DNA from: an uncultured candidate division Zixibacteria bacterium
Lineage (GTDB): Bacteria > Zixibacteria > MSB-5A5 > GN15 > PGXB01
Length of the DNA stretch: 64,000 nt
Direction: 5' to 3'
Assembly (NCBI GenBank): GCA_963813655.1
Contig: CAWEZN010000007.1
Coordinates: 241,183 to 305,182, forward strand
In this document: positions 1-9,809 of the stretch, one piece after another
Numbering within the stretch: position 1 is the first letter of the stretch
Layout: every line of letters begins with the position of its first letter
The notes under the pieces: generated by a model
Told to the model about the DNA's origin: nothing
Databases searched by the model: none
What the model saw: the letters and a program-made list of their open reading frames with translations, nothing else
Program-made: the position numbers and the translations under genes

Positions 1-412
1 ACTCCTTTCTTAAAACTTTCTCTACCACTCTAATAAATTTCTCACTGTTAAGATTCTGCAAGCTATATAGATGCCAATATATTTTCCTGGGCATCACTAT
101 TAAATTCTTCTTCTTGGGTGCCATCGCATAACCTTTCTACTATTATTTCCCGGAAAAGAACGAAAGATTACACTACGGCCCCCCATATAATCTATCGACT
201 CTTTCCCGCAAAATGTTAACTTTTTGAACTGGAGAATTGCAGAAACTATGCCCTTATCTCTTAGTGCCCAAAAATTCAGCTGAGTAAATCCATCTTCTTG
301 AAGTACAAATAGATAAGTCGCTGTATGAATGTCAAAAATTGGTCATCAGCAGTAAACTTTTGACCAAAAGATGGGAGAAGTCCCAGAGGGTATAGCGAAG
401 TTTACGAAAGTA

Positions 413-440
413 AATGGTTCGAGTCCACTCCGAGCCGAGC
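413..440 (+). other. tRNA-like 3' fragment (T-arm-like GGTTCGAGTCC plus acceptor-like strand); not a complete tRNA
   Basis: GGTTCGAGTCC closely matches the bacterial tRNA T-loop consensus. A 4/5-bp T-stem can be drawn. No matching 5' acceptor, D-arm or anticodon arm lies upstream. Confidence 0.2.
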
Positions 441-508
441 TTGACATCATTTTTTCCTCTGATTAAATTTATCCACAATTGAAATCCATAAAGCGAGGAA
501 ATTAAAAA

Positions 509-1282
509 ATGCAGAATATTAAAAATAAAATTGCTTTCATAACCGGGGCCTCTTCAGGAATCGGCCAGGCAACAGCGCAATTATTCGCCCGAAATCAGGC
601 CAGACTAATTCTTGTTGCAAGAAGAATCCAGAAACTCGAGAAATTAGTTTCTGCACTGAAAGCGGAATATAATGTGGACGTCCATCATTTCTCACTTGAC
701 GTTCGCAATCAAAAAGAAGTCGACGAAAAAATCGGTTCACTTCCACCCGACTGGAAAAAAATAGATATACTTGTTAATAATGCCGGGCTCAGTCGTGGCC
801 TCGATAAACTTCATGAAGGCAAACTTCTCGACTGGGAAGAAATGATAGATACCAATGTCAAGGGGCTCCTGTATGTAAGTCGTGCAGTCATCCCGGGAAT
901 GGTTGCGCGAGGTCGGGGAGATATTGTCAACATAGGATCAATCGCCGGACACGAAGTCTATCCCGGAGGCAGCGTTTACTGTGCGTCAAAGCATGCAGTT
1001 GACGCCATCACTAAAGGGATGCAGATCGATTTGGTCGATTCGCCGATCAGAGTCTGTACCGTCGATCCCGGAATGGTCGAAACGGAATTCAGCCTCGTTC
1101 GTTTCCGAGGTGACCGAGAACGAGCCGACAAAGTGTATCACGGCATTCAAGCCCTTGCCGCAGAAGATGTGGCCGAGGCGATCTTGTTCTGCATTACGAG
1201 ACCACCGCATGTAAACATTCATCAGCTGCGAATAATGCCTACCGCTCAGGCGTCAGCTACGATTGCGTACAGAAGGACTTGA
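509..1282 (+). CDS. short-chain dehydrogenase/reductase (SDR), NAD(P)-dependent; YdfG / 3-ketosphinganine-reductase-like
   Basis: N-terminal TGASSGIGQA Rossmann motif and catalytic YCASK (YxxxK). 257 aa. Lies immediately upstream of an alpha-oxoamine synthase. Confidence 0.85.
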   Translation: MQNIKNKIAFITGASSGIGQATAQLFARNQARLILVARRIQKLEKLVSALKAEYNVDVHHFSLDVRNQKEVDEKIGSLPPDWKKIDILVNNAGLSRGLDKLHEGKLLDWEEMIDTNVKGLLYVSRAVIPGMVARGRGDIVNIGSIAGHEVYPGGSVYCASKHAVDAITKGMQIDLVDSPIRVCTVDPGMVETEFSLVRFRGDRERADKVYHGIQALAAEDVAEAILFCITRPPHVNIHQLRIMPTAQASATIAYRRT

Positions 1283-1387
1283 GATCAGTCAGGACAGCTG
1301 GCCAGGAGGGGGAGTGAAAAATCATTTTCCTTGACTTTAATTTCCAATTTGGTTAGGATTATTTTTTAATAGACTTTTAGAGGATAA

Positions 1388-2620
1388 ATGAATTTGGAGA
1401 CTCAGGAAAAGGAAATCGGCAAAAAGAACGACCTCTTCGAAAAATGTGTGCAATTCACTACCGCCGATGAGGTTAAGGCGCTCGGAATTTACCCCTATTT
1501 CCATCCGATATCATCTTCTCTTGGAAATGAGGTGATGATAAATGGACAGAAGTTGATCATGATCGGTTCCAATAATTATCTGGGGCTGACTAACGATCCG
1601 CGGGTCAAAGAAGCCGCCGCCAAAGCTGTTCAAGAATTCGGCTCGGGATGCACCGGCTCAAGATTCTTGAACGGAACCCTCGACCTTCATATAGAATTGG
1701 AAGAACGCCTCGCTAAATTCATGAAGCGAAAGGCAGCGCTTGTATTCTCGACCGGATTTCAGACCAATCTTGGCACCATTTCCTGTCTGGTTGGAAAGAG
1801 CGACACCCTTGTCATAGATCGAGCCGACCACGCCTCAATTGTCGATGGATGTCGTCTTTCATTCGGCAAAGTCGTCAAATTTGCTCATAATGATATTCAG
1901 GACCTGGAGCGGGTTTTAAAAAACATCACGGGGAACGGCGCTCGCGGGGGAATCTTGATAGTTGCCGATGGCGTATTTTCCATGGAAGGAGATATAATTA
2001 AACTGCCGGAGCTTGCTTCGGTCGCAGAAAAATACGGGGCTCGGATTATGATCGATGATGCTCATGCCGTCGGAGTTCTTGGCGAGGGTGGACGCGGTAC
2101 GGCCGAGCATTTTGGCATGATTGATAGCGTTGACATCACCATGGGCACTTTCTCCAAATCATTCGCCTCTCTCGGGGGATTTATCGCTGCCGATACCGAA
2201 GTGATCAATTATATTAAGCATTTCTCACGCGAATTCATCTTTTCGGCGTCCATTCCTCCTTCTGCCACGGCCGCGGCTCTGGCGGCGCTGGATATAATCG
2301 AAGCCGAACCGGAGCGTCGCGAGAACCTTTGGAAAAATGCTCGCAAGATGCTTCGCGAATTTAAAAATCTTGGCTTCGACACTCGCCATTCGGAAACGCC
2401 CATCATCCCGCTTCTAATCGGAGAGGACTTGGATACTTTCCGATTCTGGAAGGCTTTATTCGATAAGGGGATATTCGCAAATCCCACTATTTCGCCCGCC
2501 GTAGCTCCGGGTATGGCCCTTATCAGAACTTCATATACCGCCACTCACACCGAAGAACAACTAGATCGGGTGCTCGAAGTATTTAGAATAGTCGGCAAAC
2601 AAATGGGGATAATTTCGTAA
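1388..2620 (+). CDS. PLP-dependent alpha-oxoamine synthase (serine palmitoyltransferase / 8-amino-7-oxononanoate synthase / KBL family)
   Basis: [16 protein letters not shown]-lysine motif and [10 protein letters not shown]. 410 aa. AGAGGA ribosome-binding site before the ATG. Family call is solid; the substrate (serine, glycine or cysteate) cannot be read from sequence. Confidence 0.85.
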   Translation: MNLETQEKEIGKKNDLFEKCVQFTTADEVKALGIYPYFHPISSSLGNEVMINGQKLIMIGSNNYLGLTNDPRVKEAAAKAVQEFGSGCTGSRFLNGTLDLHIELEERLAKFMKRKAALVFSTGFQTNLGTISCLVGKSDTLVIDRADHASIVDGCRLSFGKVVKFAHNDIQDLERVLKNITGNGARGGILIVADGVFSMEGDIIKLPELASVAEKYGARIMIDDAHAVGVLGEGGRGTAEHFGMIDSVDITMGTFSKSFASLGGFIAADTEVINYIKHFSREFIFSASIPPSATAAALAALDIIEAEPERRENLWKNARKMLREFKNLGFDTRHSETPIIPLLIGEDLDTFRFWKALFDKGIFANPTISPAVAPGMALIRTSYTATHTEEQLDRVLEVFRIVGKQMGIIS

Positions 2621-2631
2621 ATTCAATCACA

Positions 2632-3765
2632 ATGTCGCAGGGCATTGAAATCATTGAGGCCGAGTCTCCTCAGCAGCTGAAAGCATTCATTATGCTTCCC
2701 TTTAAGCTGTATAAGAATGACCCTTTCTGGGTCCCGCCTTTGATTTCTGAACGAAAGCAATTTTTCAACAAGACGGGAAACCCATTTTATCGCGGCGCCA
2801 AGACCAAACTCTTTCTGGCCATGAAAGACGGCGATGTCGTCGGCCGCATTGCTACCTGCATAAATTACTACCACAATGAATTCCATCAGGATAAGGTCGG
2901 CTTCTTCGGGTTCTTTGAATCGATTGACGATCTCGAGGTTGCCTCGAAATTATTTAAAGTGGCCATGATCACGCTTAAATCCGAAGGAATGGAAACAATG
3001 CGGGGGCCGACCAATTTCTCCACCAACCATGAAATCGGATTTCTTATTGAAGGCTTCGATCACCCCCCCACTGTGATGAATCCCTATAATAAACCGTACC
3101 TGCCCAAATTGGCCGAAAAATTCGGGCTCAAGAAAGTCATGGATTTGAACGCCTATCTGATCACCAAGGAAACTCCAATGTCCGAAAGACAGCTCAGGGT
3201 GGTCAATAAGATAAAGGATAGAAGTAGAATCAAGATTAGGTCCATTAATCTTTCAAAGTTCGATGAAGAAGTAAAATTGGTTAATCAAATATATAATCAA
3301 GCCTGGGCGCATAATTGGGGATTTGTGCCGATGCCTGAGGATGAATTCTTCCACATGGCCAAAAGTCTTAAAGAAATAGTTGATCAGGACATGGTACTTA
3401 TTGCTTATGTCGACGACGAGCCAGCGGCATTTTCAATGGCGGTACCTGACGTGAATCAGATCCTGATAAACCTGAATGGCAGACTTTTTCCTTTTGGCAT
3501 ATTCAAAGTGCTTTGGAATACGAAGATTCGAAAGAAAATCACAGGCGTGCGGATGCTGACAATGGGCGTAATTCCCAGATTTCAAAAGAAGGGCATTGAT
3601 AATATCTTTTTTGTCGAGACTTATCTGAGAGGCGTCAAAAAGGGGTATGGCTGGGCAGAACTATCGTGGATTCTCGAAACCAATGAGTTGATGTGTCGAG
3701 CCGCCGAAAATATGGGAGCGGTCCTGTATAAGAGTACCGCCTCGTGGAAATGCCAATTTAAATGA
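2632..3765 (+). CDS. 377-aa acyltransferase-like protein (GNAT/FemAB-like fold suspected); candidate N-acyltransferase of the aminolipid module
   Basis: Starts 12 nt after the synthase stop. Size and position resemble the N-acyltransferases found with SPT-like genes. No catalytic motif could be verified by eye. Confidence 0.35.
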   Translation: MSQGIEIIEAESPQQLKAFIMLPFKLYKNDPFWVPPLISERKQFFNKTGNPFYRGAKTKLFLAMKDGDVVGRIATCINYYHNEFHQDKVGFFGFFESIDDLEVASKLFKVAMITLKSEGMETMRGPTNFSTNHEIGFLIEGFDHPPTVMNPYNKPYLPKLAEKFGLKKVMDLNAYLITKETPMSERQLRVVNKIKDRSRIKIRSINLSKFDEEVKLVNQIYNQAWAHNWGFVPMPEDEFFHMAKSLKEIVDQDMVLIAYVDDEPAAFSMAVPDVNQILINLNGRLFPFGIFKVLWNTKIRKKITGVRMLTMGVIPRFQKKGIDNIFFVETYLRGVKKGYGWAELSWILETNELMCRAAENMGAVLYKSTASWKCQFK

Positions 3766-4304
3766 AATTGCGGCCTTTTATATTTTTATTCCTGGTACTT
3801 CCATTAATTGTTTCAGTATCCTGCCAGAATAAATATCGTCCGCGATTTTATATCATTCAGGAAGCTGCCCGGCAGGAACTGGCGCTTGAAAACAGCTATT
3901 TCATGCAAGGGTACATAATTTCCCCGAATCCCGGGAAAAATCTAATGGTGCCCGGCGCAGGGGCGGTGGTGGTGACAAATCAGAAATCAACTCATCCGGG
4001 TAAAATAGATCTCCCTGCCGGATTGATGACCGTGGAAGGAGAGATTAATCACAGAATTGTGATCGCCATTCCTGAAACTCCGGTCAAAGACTCTCTTAAT
4101 ATCGCTGGCCATTCTCTTTGTCAATTAATAGGCAGGTACGAGTTGCCAGACTCTTTGAATCTCTATTATTGCCGGGAAGGGTATATGAAAATAGACTCGG
4201 CGAAGTCATCAGGTTTTTTTGCCTTTCTGTCGGGGAAATATTTTAATGTCAAAAATGACTCTCTACAGTTCTCCGGCGAATTACGAGTGAAAAAGAAAAA
4301 ATAA
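3762..4304 (+). CDS. secreted or lipoprotein hypothetical protein
   Basis: N-terminal hydrophobic signal LVLPLIVSVSC. Overlaps the previous stop by 4 nt, so likely in the same operon. Confidence 0.5.
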   Translation: MKLRPFIFLFLVLPLIVSVSCQNKYRPRFYIIQEAARQELALENSYFMQGYIISPNPGKNLMVPGAGAVVVTNQKSTHPGKIDLPAGLMTVEGEINHRIVIAIPETPVKDSLNIAGHSLCQLIGRYELPDSLNLYYCREGYMKIDSAKSSGFFAFLSGKYFNVKNDSLQFSGELRVKKKK

Positions 4305-4430
4305 ATTATAACTTCTATCCCCCTTTCGGAACGGACACGAATCCGAATCCGATTTCGAATCCGTAAAATACTATATGGAAAGACACGTGGGGAGTATCAG
4401 CCGACGAATCTGTCCGACCTCTTCCAGCGA

Positions 4431-5066
4431 CTAAAATGGCAATGACTTAATAATATACGGATAGCATTTCTGAAGAAAATCAACGCCCCGCTCCGTCGCT
4501 TCTCTTATATCACCGCTTGGTACCGTAACTGTAAGCCGGATAATGGCCGCGTCGGTAGGACGGAATAAGAGGGCATTCTTGACCAAATCGATTTTTAGAC
4601 CATATTCATTCCGAATCGATCCCGAACGAGTCTGGTACCAATAAAACATCGCCGACTTATACTCCTCATTGGCGATCACCAGGAGATTAATCTCTTTGAT
4701 ACTCCCATCAGGCAAATTCAGACGATACGGCTTGATGCTCTCTATCCTCCATCCTCCGCCCGGAAGGCAATGTTTGGGGGAGTGTATTTGACTGCCATAC
4801 TTCTGCGATTTAAAGTAAGCGACAAAAAGGGCGGCGCGAGTATGATCGTCCGCTTCATAATCGCGGTAGGAAGAAACATCGGCTTTCAAGACTTCATAAG
4901 TGGCGGCGTCAAGCTGAAGCTCTGTCCCGGAATAACCATTTATCTTATTCGGAATTGAAGAGAATTCGGCCATTCTATCCGGTGATCGGCCGGTATATCG
5001 AAGAAGATTCCCCAGTATTCCCCCGAAAAGGATAATGACTATAGACAAATAATACTGCTTTTTCAT
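4431..5066 (-). CDS. epsI: EpsI-family exosortase-associated protein
   Basis: 211 aa with an N-terminal transmembrane helix. Start overlaps the stop of the upstream exosortase by 4 nt, the canonical XrtA-EpsI arrangement. Confidence 0.6.
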   Translation of the reverse strand: MKKQYYLSIVIILFGGILGNLLRYTGRSPDRMAEFSSIPNKINGYSGTELQLDAATYEVLKADVSSYRDYEADDHTRAALFVAYFKSQKYGSQIHSPKHCLPGGGWRIESIKPYRLNLPDGSIKEINLLVIANEEYKSAMFYWYQTRSGSIRNEYGLKIDLVKNALLFRPTDAAIIRLTVTVPSGDIREATERGVDFLQKCYPYIIKSLPF

Positions 5067-5941
5067 TTAATAATTCTCCTCAAGACAGCCCCAAAAATGA
5101 AAAGCAGAATAAATGCGATTATAAATACCGATGCCCCCATCACAAAATGGGTTGCTCCTTCGGTGACATTAATATCTGATGTGTACACAATTATTGAGGT
5201 CAGAAGAACCCGGAAGATATTTCCTGCAACCGCGATTGGTATAGTCGACAAGAATAATATTACTTTGGCCGACAGTCTCTTCTGCGTCAAATAGGCATAA
5301 ATAGCGCCCAGAGCCAGAAGCGAAATCAGACTGCGCATTCCTGAGCAAGCCTCTGCTACTTCAAGCGAGTGATTAGGGAGATGAATAATATTTCCCTGTC
5401 GCACGACCGCCATCCCGACAAATTTCAAAATTGAAACGGTGACTTTACTGGCCAATAACTGCATCGGGAAGGTAGCGGAGAAATAAATGACATACGGAAT
5501 CGGAACCATGAAGAAGAGAAATATGATCTCAAACCACGTCATCCGGATGATTCTTCGCCCGAAAAGGTATAGGACAAGGCCGAAAATTATCACCACTAGC
5601 GAAAAACGGACTGTGAAATATTCCGATGCCCCGTTCCCCAAAATAAAGAGAATCATTCCAAAAATGACAACGGCCAAACCAATTTTATCAGGAGACTTCT
5701 CGAGCCCGGCCAGCTCTTTCCGTTTTCTCCAGATTAGATAGCCCGAGATAATAGGCACTAAAAAACCATGAGAATAATTGCCGTCTGTCGACCAGTCAAC
5801 AATCAGATCGATCAGAGTCGGTAGATAGACCAGCGCCAATAATGCCGCAATCAGGTATATGTATTTTCTATTGATGGCTATATCCACAGGGAACCTACTA
5901 TTAACCTTAAATATAATTTCCCCTATCCAATAAATAAACAA
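5063..5941 (-). CDS. xrt: exosortase (Xrt family transpeptidase for PEP-CTERM proteins)
   Basis: Polytopic membrane protein of 292 aa with the conserved EACSGMRSL motif (active-site Cys/Arg). Confidence 0.8.
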   Translation of the reverse strand: MFIYWIGEIIFKVNSRFPVDIAINRKYIYLIAALLALVYLPTLIDLIVDWSTDGNYSHGFLVPIISGYLIWRKRKELAGLEKSPDKIGLAVVIFGMILFILGNGASEYFTVRFSLVVIIFGLVLYLFGRRIIRMTWFEIIFLFFMVPIPYVIYFSATFPMQLLASKVTVSILKFVGMAVVRQGNIIHLPNHSLEVAEACSGMRSLISLLALGAIYAYLTQKRLSAKVILFLSTIPIAVAGNIFRVLLTSIIVYTSDINVTEGATHFVMGASVFIIAFILLFIFGAVLRRIIK

Positions 5942-6020
5942 CTAAATTTTATCAACTACAGCTTCTAAATCGGTCAAATTCCGATATTCTGAATAAAACC
6001 CTTTACGGATGCTAACCATC

Positions 6021-6048
6021 AAAAAAAGGGCGGGTCGCAAAACCCGCC
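6021..6048 (-). terminator. rho-independent terminator after the copZ-like gene
   Basis: On the minus strand, a 7-bp GC stem (GGCGGGT/ACCCGCC) with a 6-nt loop is followed by a T7 run. Confidence 0.5.
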
Positions 6049-6085
6049 GCTAAACGATCCCGACAGCTAAATATTGCCCATAGCT

Positions 6086-6301
6086 TCATCCAGCCGTCGC
6101 TTCAAATCCCGCCTTCTTGACCGCTTCCGTCAGTTTTTCCACGGAGGGCGGGTTTTCTCCCAAATATACTATGGCACTCTTGGACGATAGATGCACCTCG
6201 GCCGAATTTACCCCTTTCACGCTCGCTAAGGCGCGCTGTACAGTCGCGGCACAACCATCACAATTCATCCCATTTATCTTGAAAAGAATCTGCTTATCCA
6301 T
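6086..6301 (-). CDS. copZ: heavy-metal-associated (HMA) domain copper chaperone
   Basis: 71 aa with the GMNCDGC metal-binding motif. Confidence 0.8.
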   Translation of the reverse strand: MDKQILFKINGMNCDGCAATVQRALASVKGVNSAEVHLSSKSAIVYLGENPPSVEKLTEAVKKAGFEATAG

Positions 6302-6317
6302 TTATTCGATGCCTTCC

Positions 6318-6899
6318 TTATTTCTGAGCAAGAAACGCCTTCAAGGCATCATAATCTTTAGAATCGGCCACCGAATAATTATTATTGATATATTGAATCT
6401 TCCCGTCCGGTCCCACGACAAAGATGGCTCGTCGGAAATATCCATTTTGGTCGTTGTAGACACCCAATCTTCTCCCAAATTCACGAGTGGCGTCTCCGAG
6501 AAACTTAAAATTAAATTTCTGATTTTTGGCCCATTCATGCTGGGTGAAGACATAATCACCGGATACCGCCAGGATTTCGACGTTTAATTTCGACAGATCG
6601 GAAAAATTATCTCGGAAAGTGCACATTTCCTTAGTACACCCCGACGACCAGGCGGCGGGAAATGTGGCGATTAGGTAACGTTTTCCCATCATATTCTCCG
6701 AACTGATGCCTTCCAAAGATATGGAATCAGAAGTTGCGGAAGGAAGTTTAAATCCCGGTATCGGATCCCCCACTTTCAGGACGGTTCCCTCTTGGGCGAT
6801 GGCAACACCGAACACTGCCATCAATGAAATCAGGTTAAGTAATAATAAGCGCATTTTATCCTCCTTGCGTGGCCCATTATTAATTGTAGATGTAAACAT
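6318..6899 (-). CDS. bcp: peroxiredoxin of the BCP/PrxQ family with N-terminal signal peptide (start may be the internal Met at about 6854)
   Basis: WSSGCTKEMCTF resolving-cysteine region typical of PrxQ/BCP. Hydrophobic N-terminus MRLLLLNLISLMAVFGVAIA. Confidence 0.65.
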   Translation of the reverse strand: MFTSTINNGPRKEDKMRLLLLNLISLMAVFGVAIAQEGTVLKVGDPIPGFKLPSATSDSISLEGISSENMMGKRYLIATFPAAWSSGCTKEMCTFRDNFSDLSKLNVEILAVSGDYVFTQHEWAKNQKFNFKFLGDATREFGRRLGVYNDQNGYFRRAIFVVGPDGKIQYINNNYSVADSKDYDALKAFLAQK

Positions 6900-6967
6900 C
6901 AGGAACCCGTAAGCGGTTCCCCTGTTTCGAATTCACATGGTTATTGAAAAAATGAAGGGCAGGAAAT

Positions 6968-8371
6968 TTACATTTCCACCGACTGCCCCAGGGTGGGTAT
7001 AAGGCAATCCCAGCCGCGCTCTTCTTTCAAATGCGCCGCCATGGCGGAAGATTGGGACGGTTCCCCATGCGTGATAAAAGCCTTTTTCGGCATCTTCTTA
7101 AAAGGTTCCAGCCAATGCAATATCTCAATGTAATCGGCATGCCCGGAAAGTCCATGCAGGCTGACAATTTTCGCATTTACCGGCACCAGCGTTTTATGAA
7201 TATAAAGCTCCTTTTCGCCGTCCATAAGCTTTCGTCCAAGAGTCCCCTCGGCCATAAATCCCACCAGGGCCACAATTAGATTCGGATCATGGAGCCTGTT
7301 GAGCATATGATGGAGAATTCTCCCGCCGGATAACATCCCGCTGGCCGACACGATAATCGCCGGACCTCTTAGCCGATTAAGCTGTTGGGATTCGCTTCTC
7401 TCCCGATGAAAATAGACATTTTTCCCGTTTAACAGGTTCTGATCGCTGTGAAGCTCCTCCGGACTCAACGGATGATAGGAGGCGTACTTCTTATAGATAT
7501 CGGTCGCAGAAATCGCCATCGGGGAGTCGATATGAATATCAATCGGCGGAATTCGCTTATGCCTTATCAGGTGGTTGACTATATAAATAATTTGCTGGGT
7601 GCGGCCGACGGCAAAGGCAGGTATCAGAAGAATGGACTTCTTCTCCATGACCTCATGAATCATCTGCTCAAAAACAGACTCAGGATCCTCGGGCTCGTGG
7701 ATTCGACCGCCATAGGTGGATTCGCAGACAAGATAGTCACACTGCGGTGGTTCGGACGGGTCATTGCTCAAGAAATTTCCAAATCGGCCTATATCCCCTG
7801 AAAAAAGTATTGACAGTTGTTTCTTCCCGTCGTCCAGTGCCAGTTCCACCCCCGCGGCGCCAAGAATATGGCCGGCGTCGTGCAGACGGAATCGGATACT
7901 TTTGTCGATTTCAATCCATTCATTATATAAAGCATCTTCGAAAAATCGCATTGCCGATTCAACATCTTCCGACGTGAACAGTGGCAGGGCTTTTTCGTGA
8001 CGAGTCAGTTTTTTCTTATTGCGGAATTCGGCGTCTTCCGTTTGAAGATGCGCCGTATCGAGAAGAGAAATATGGCTTATCTCAGACGTTGGCGGCGTGC
8101 AGAAAACTGTACCATGAAAACCCTCTTTAACCATTTTTGGCAAATATCCAATATGGTCGATATGGCAGTGAGTTAAAATTGCCGCATCCACTTCTGAGGG
8201 ATCGAATGGCAATTTTTCCCAATTTCGTAATCTCAGATCCCGGCCTCCCTGGAACATCCCGCAGTCCACAAGGACTTTCTTATTGTTGACTGCAACAAGA
8301 TATTTAGAGCCGGTGACCGTTCCGGCCGCGCCATGAAAAGCCAGACTTATCAAGCGAGTGACTCTTTCCAA
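6968..8371 (-). CDS. MBL-fold beta-CASP family ribonuclease/hydrolase
   Basis: HCHIDHIG (HxHxDH) metallo-beta-lactamase motif. About 467 aa, typical of beta-CASP RNA-processing nucleases. Confidence 0.75.
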   Translation of the reverse strand: MERVTRLISLAFHGAAGTVTGSKYLVAVNNKKVLVDCGMFQGGRDLRLRNWEKLPFDPSEVDAAILTHCHIDHIGYLPKMVKEGFHGTVFCTPPTSEISHISLLDTAHLQTEDAEFRNKKKLTRHEKALPLFTSEDVESAMRFFEDALYNEWIEIDKSIRFRLHDAGHILGAAGVELALDDGKKQLSILFSGDIGRFGNFLSNDPSEPPQCDYLVCESTYGGRIHEPEDPESVFEQMIHEVMEKKSILLIPAFAVGRTQQIIYIVNHLIRHKRIPPIDIHIDSPMAISATDIYKKYASYHPLSPEELHSDQNLLNGKNVYFHRERSESQQLNRLRGPAIIVSASGMLSGGRILHHMLNRLHDPNLIVALVGFMAEGTLGRKLMDGEKELYIHKTLVPVNAKIVSLHGLSGHADYIEILHWLEPFKKMPKKAFITHGEPSQSSAMAAHLKEERGWDCLIPTLGQSVEM

Positions 8372-8480
8372 TGGATGTCATTCATCAGGACAAAACTATA
8401 TCTGCAGCCCTTATAAAGCAATGAAAATCGATTTGTCCCGGCTTCAATTGATGGGGACAGAATAAATCTCAATCTGAAAG

Positions 8481-9722
8481 TCATAGAAACCTGAGAAACA
8501 CCCAATACACGAATATATTTACCGCTGTCAATGGGACTCCCACTCTTGCAAATTCCCAGAATGTCAAAGTCACGCCCGACTTCTTCTCGGCATTTTGTAT
8601 AATAATGATATTACTCGCCGCTCCCAGAATAAAAAGATTTCCGGCTATGGTGCTTCCGGCGGCCAGCGCGATCAATTCGTTTGTCCCCGCGCCCGCATGA
8701 GAAAGCATCGGCAGGTATAATGCCACCAGTGGGACATTAGATATCAGTTGACTCAAAACGACACCGACAATCAGTATCATACTCAATTTTGAAATATCCA
8801 CTCCGGCATTCTCGATAATATTCTGGAAAAATCCGCTCTGCCAGACTGCGGCCATAACGATAAACATTGAGGCAAAAAAGATCAGAGTCGACCAGTCGAT
8901 TTTCTTCAGAATTTCAATTCGCCTTGGGCTGATGATTATTATCGGCGCCGAAGCTATCAGGGCGATATAAGTCAGCCTGAAATAAATTGTTCCACCCCAG
9001 AACGCAGTGGCGATCTTGAGTAGTACCAGAGCAATCACGATGATCAGTGATAACTTCGACAAAAACGCCAGATGATTGTCCCTTATCGGCTCTTCGGAGT
9101 GATTGAGATCATTGTTATGAAACTCCTCCCGATAGAAAATGCGAAGAATCAAATAAGCGGCAAAAAGATTCAAAATCGTCGGAACGGCCAGGTATCTGAT
9201 AAATGTCAGAAATGGATTGACAAAACCGCCATTGAGGGCAATGAGTAAATTTTGCGGATTCCCGATCGGCGATGCCACGCTTCCAATCGTCACGGCGTAC
9301 GCCAGCGCCAATAGCAGTAATTTCGATGACATTTTATGTTTGCGCGCCAGATGAAGAACCACGGGTGTCCCGATTATGGCCAGTGTGTCGTTCATCAGGA
9401 ACGCTGATATTATCCCCATTCCGAACAAGATAAACAACGTAAGTGAATTGACCGTGCGAGCCCCTCTGAACAAATTGTATGACAAATGCGACAGGTACCC
9501 GCTCTCTTCCAATGCCTCGCCGACCACGAACATCCCAAAAAGAAACAGCATAACATCGATATCGATCGCCTTTATGGCGCCAGGAATGGATATTTGTCCG
9601 GTAACAAGCACGGCCGCCGCCCCCAGAAGCATTATCTGCCATATCTGGAGATAAATATTCCCGATCCGGCGGACGGCGATAAGAATAAATACTATGGCTA
9701 ATATGATGACGGGGAGGGGCAT
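8481..9722 (-). CDS. anion permease of the ArsB/NhaD (CitMHS-like) superfamily
   Basis: 413 aa with about 10-12 predicted transmembrane helices, a GNPQNLLIAL motif and internal two-fold repeat organisation. Confidence 0.55.
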   Translation of the reverse strand: MPLPVIILAIVFILIAVRRIGNIYLQIWQIMLLGAAAVLVTGQISIPGAIKAIDIDVMLFLFGMFVVGEALEESGYLSHLSYNLFRGARTVNSLTLFILFGMGIISAFLMNDTLAIIGTPVVLHLARKHKMSSKLLLLALAYAVTIGSVASPIGNPQNLLIALNGGFVNPFLTFIRYLAVPTILNLFAAYLILRIFYREEFHNNDLNHSEEPIRDNHLAFLSKLSLIIVIALVLLKIATAFWGGTIYFRLTYIALIASAPIIIISPRRIEILKKIDWSTLIFFASMFIVMAAVWQSGFFQNIIENAGVDISKLSMILIVGVVLSQLISNVPLVALYLPMLSHAGAGTNELIALAAGSTIAGNLFILGAASNIIIIQNAEKKSGVTLTFWEFARVGVPLTAVNIFVYWVFLRFL

Positions 9723-9809
9723 GGTTTGGACGAATATTCAGTAGGCTCTATCTGCCTATTATATTTTGGACGGGATATAGCAAATCGGTGCAGGACAATA
9801 ACTATTCGC

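Noticed and set aside
340-450. Complete tRNA gene
   Set aside because: Only the T-arm and 3' acceptor strand can be folded. No complementary 5' acceptor strand, D-arm or anticodon arm is present.
4340-4375. Short direct repeats CGAATCCG x3
   Set aside because: Too short and few to call a repeat element. Likely a chance low-complexity intergenic sequence.
6117-6587. 156-aa plus-strand ORF opposite copZ and the peroxiredoxin
   Set aside because: Antisense to two well-supported genes; no motif.
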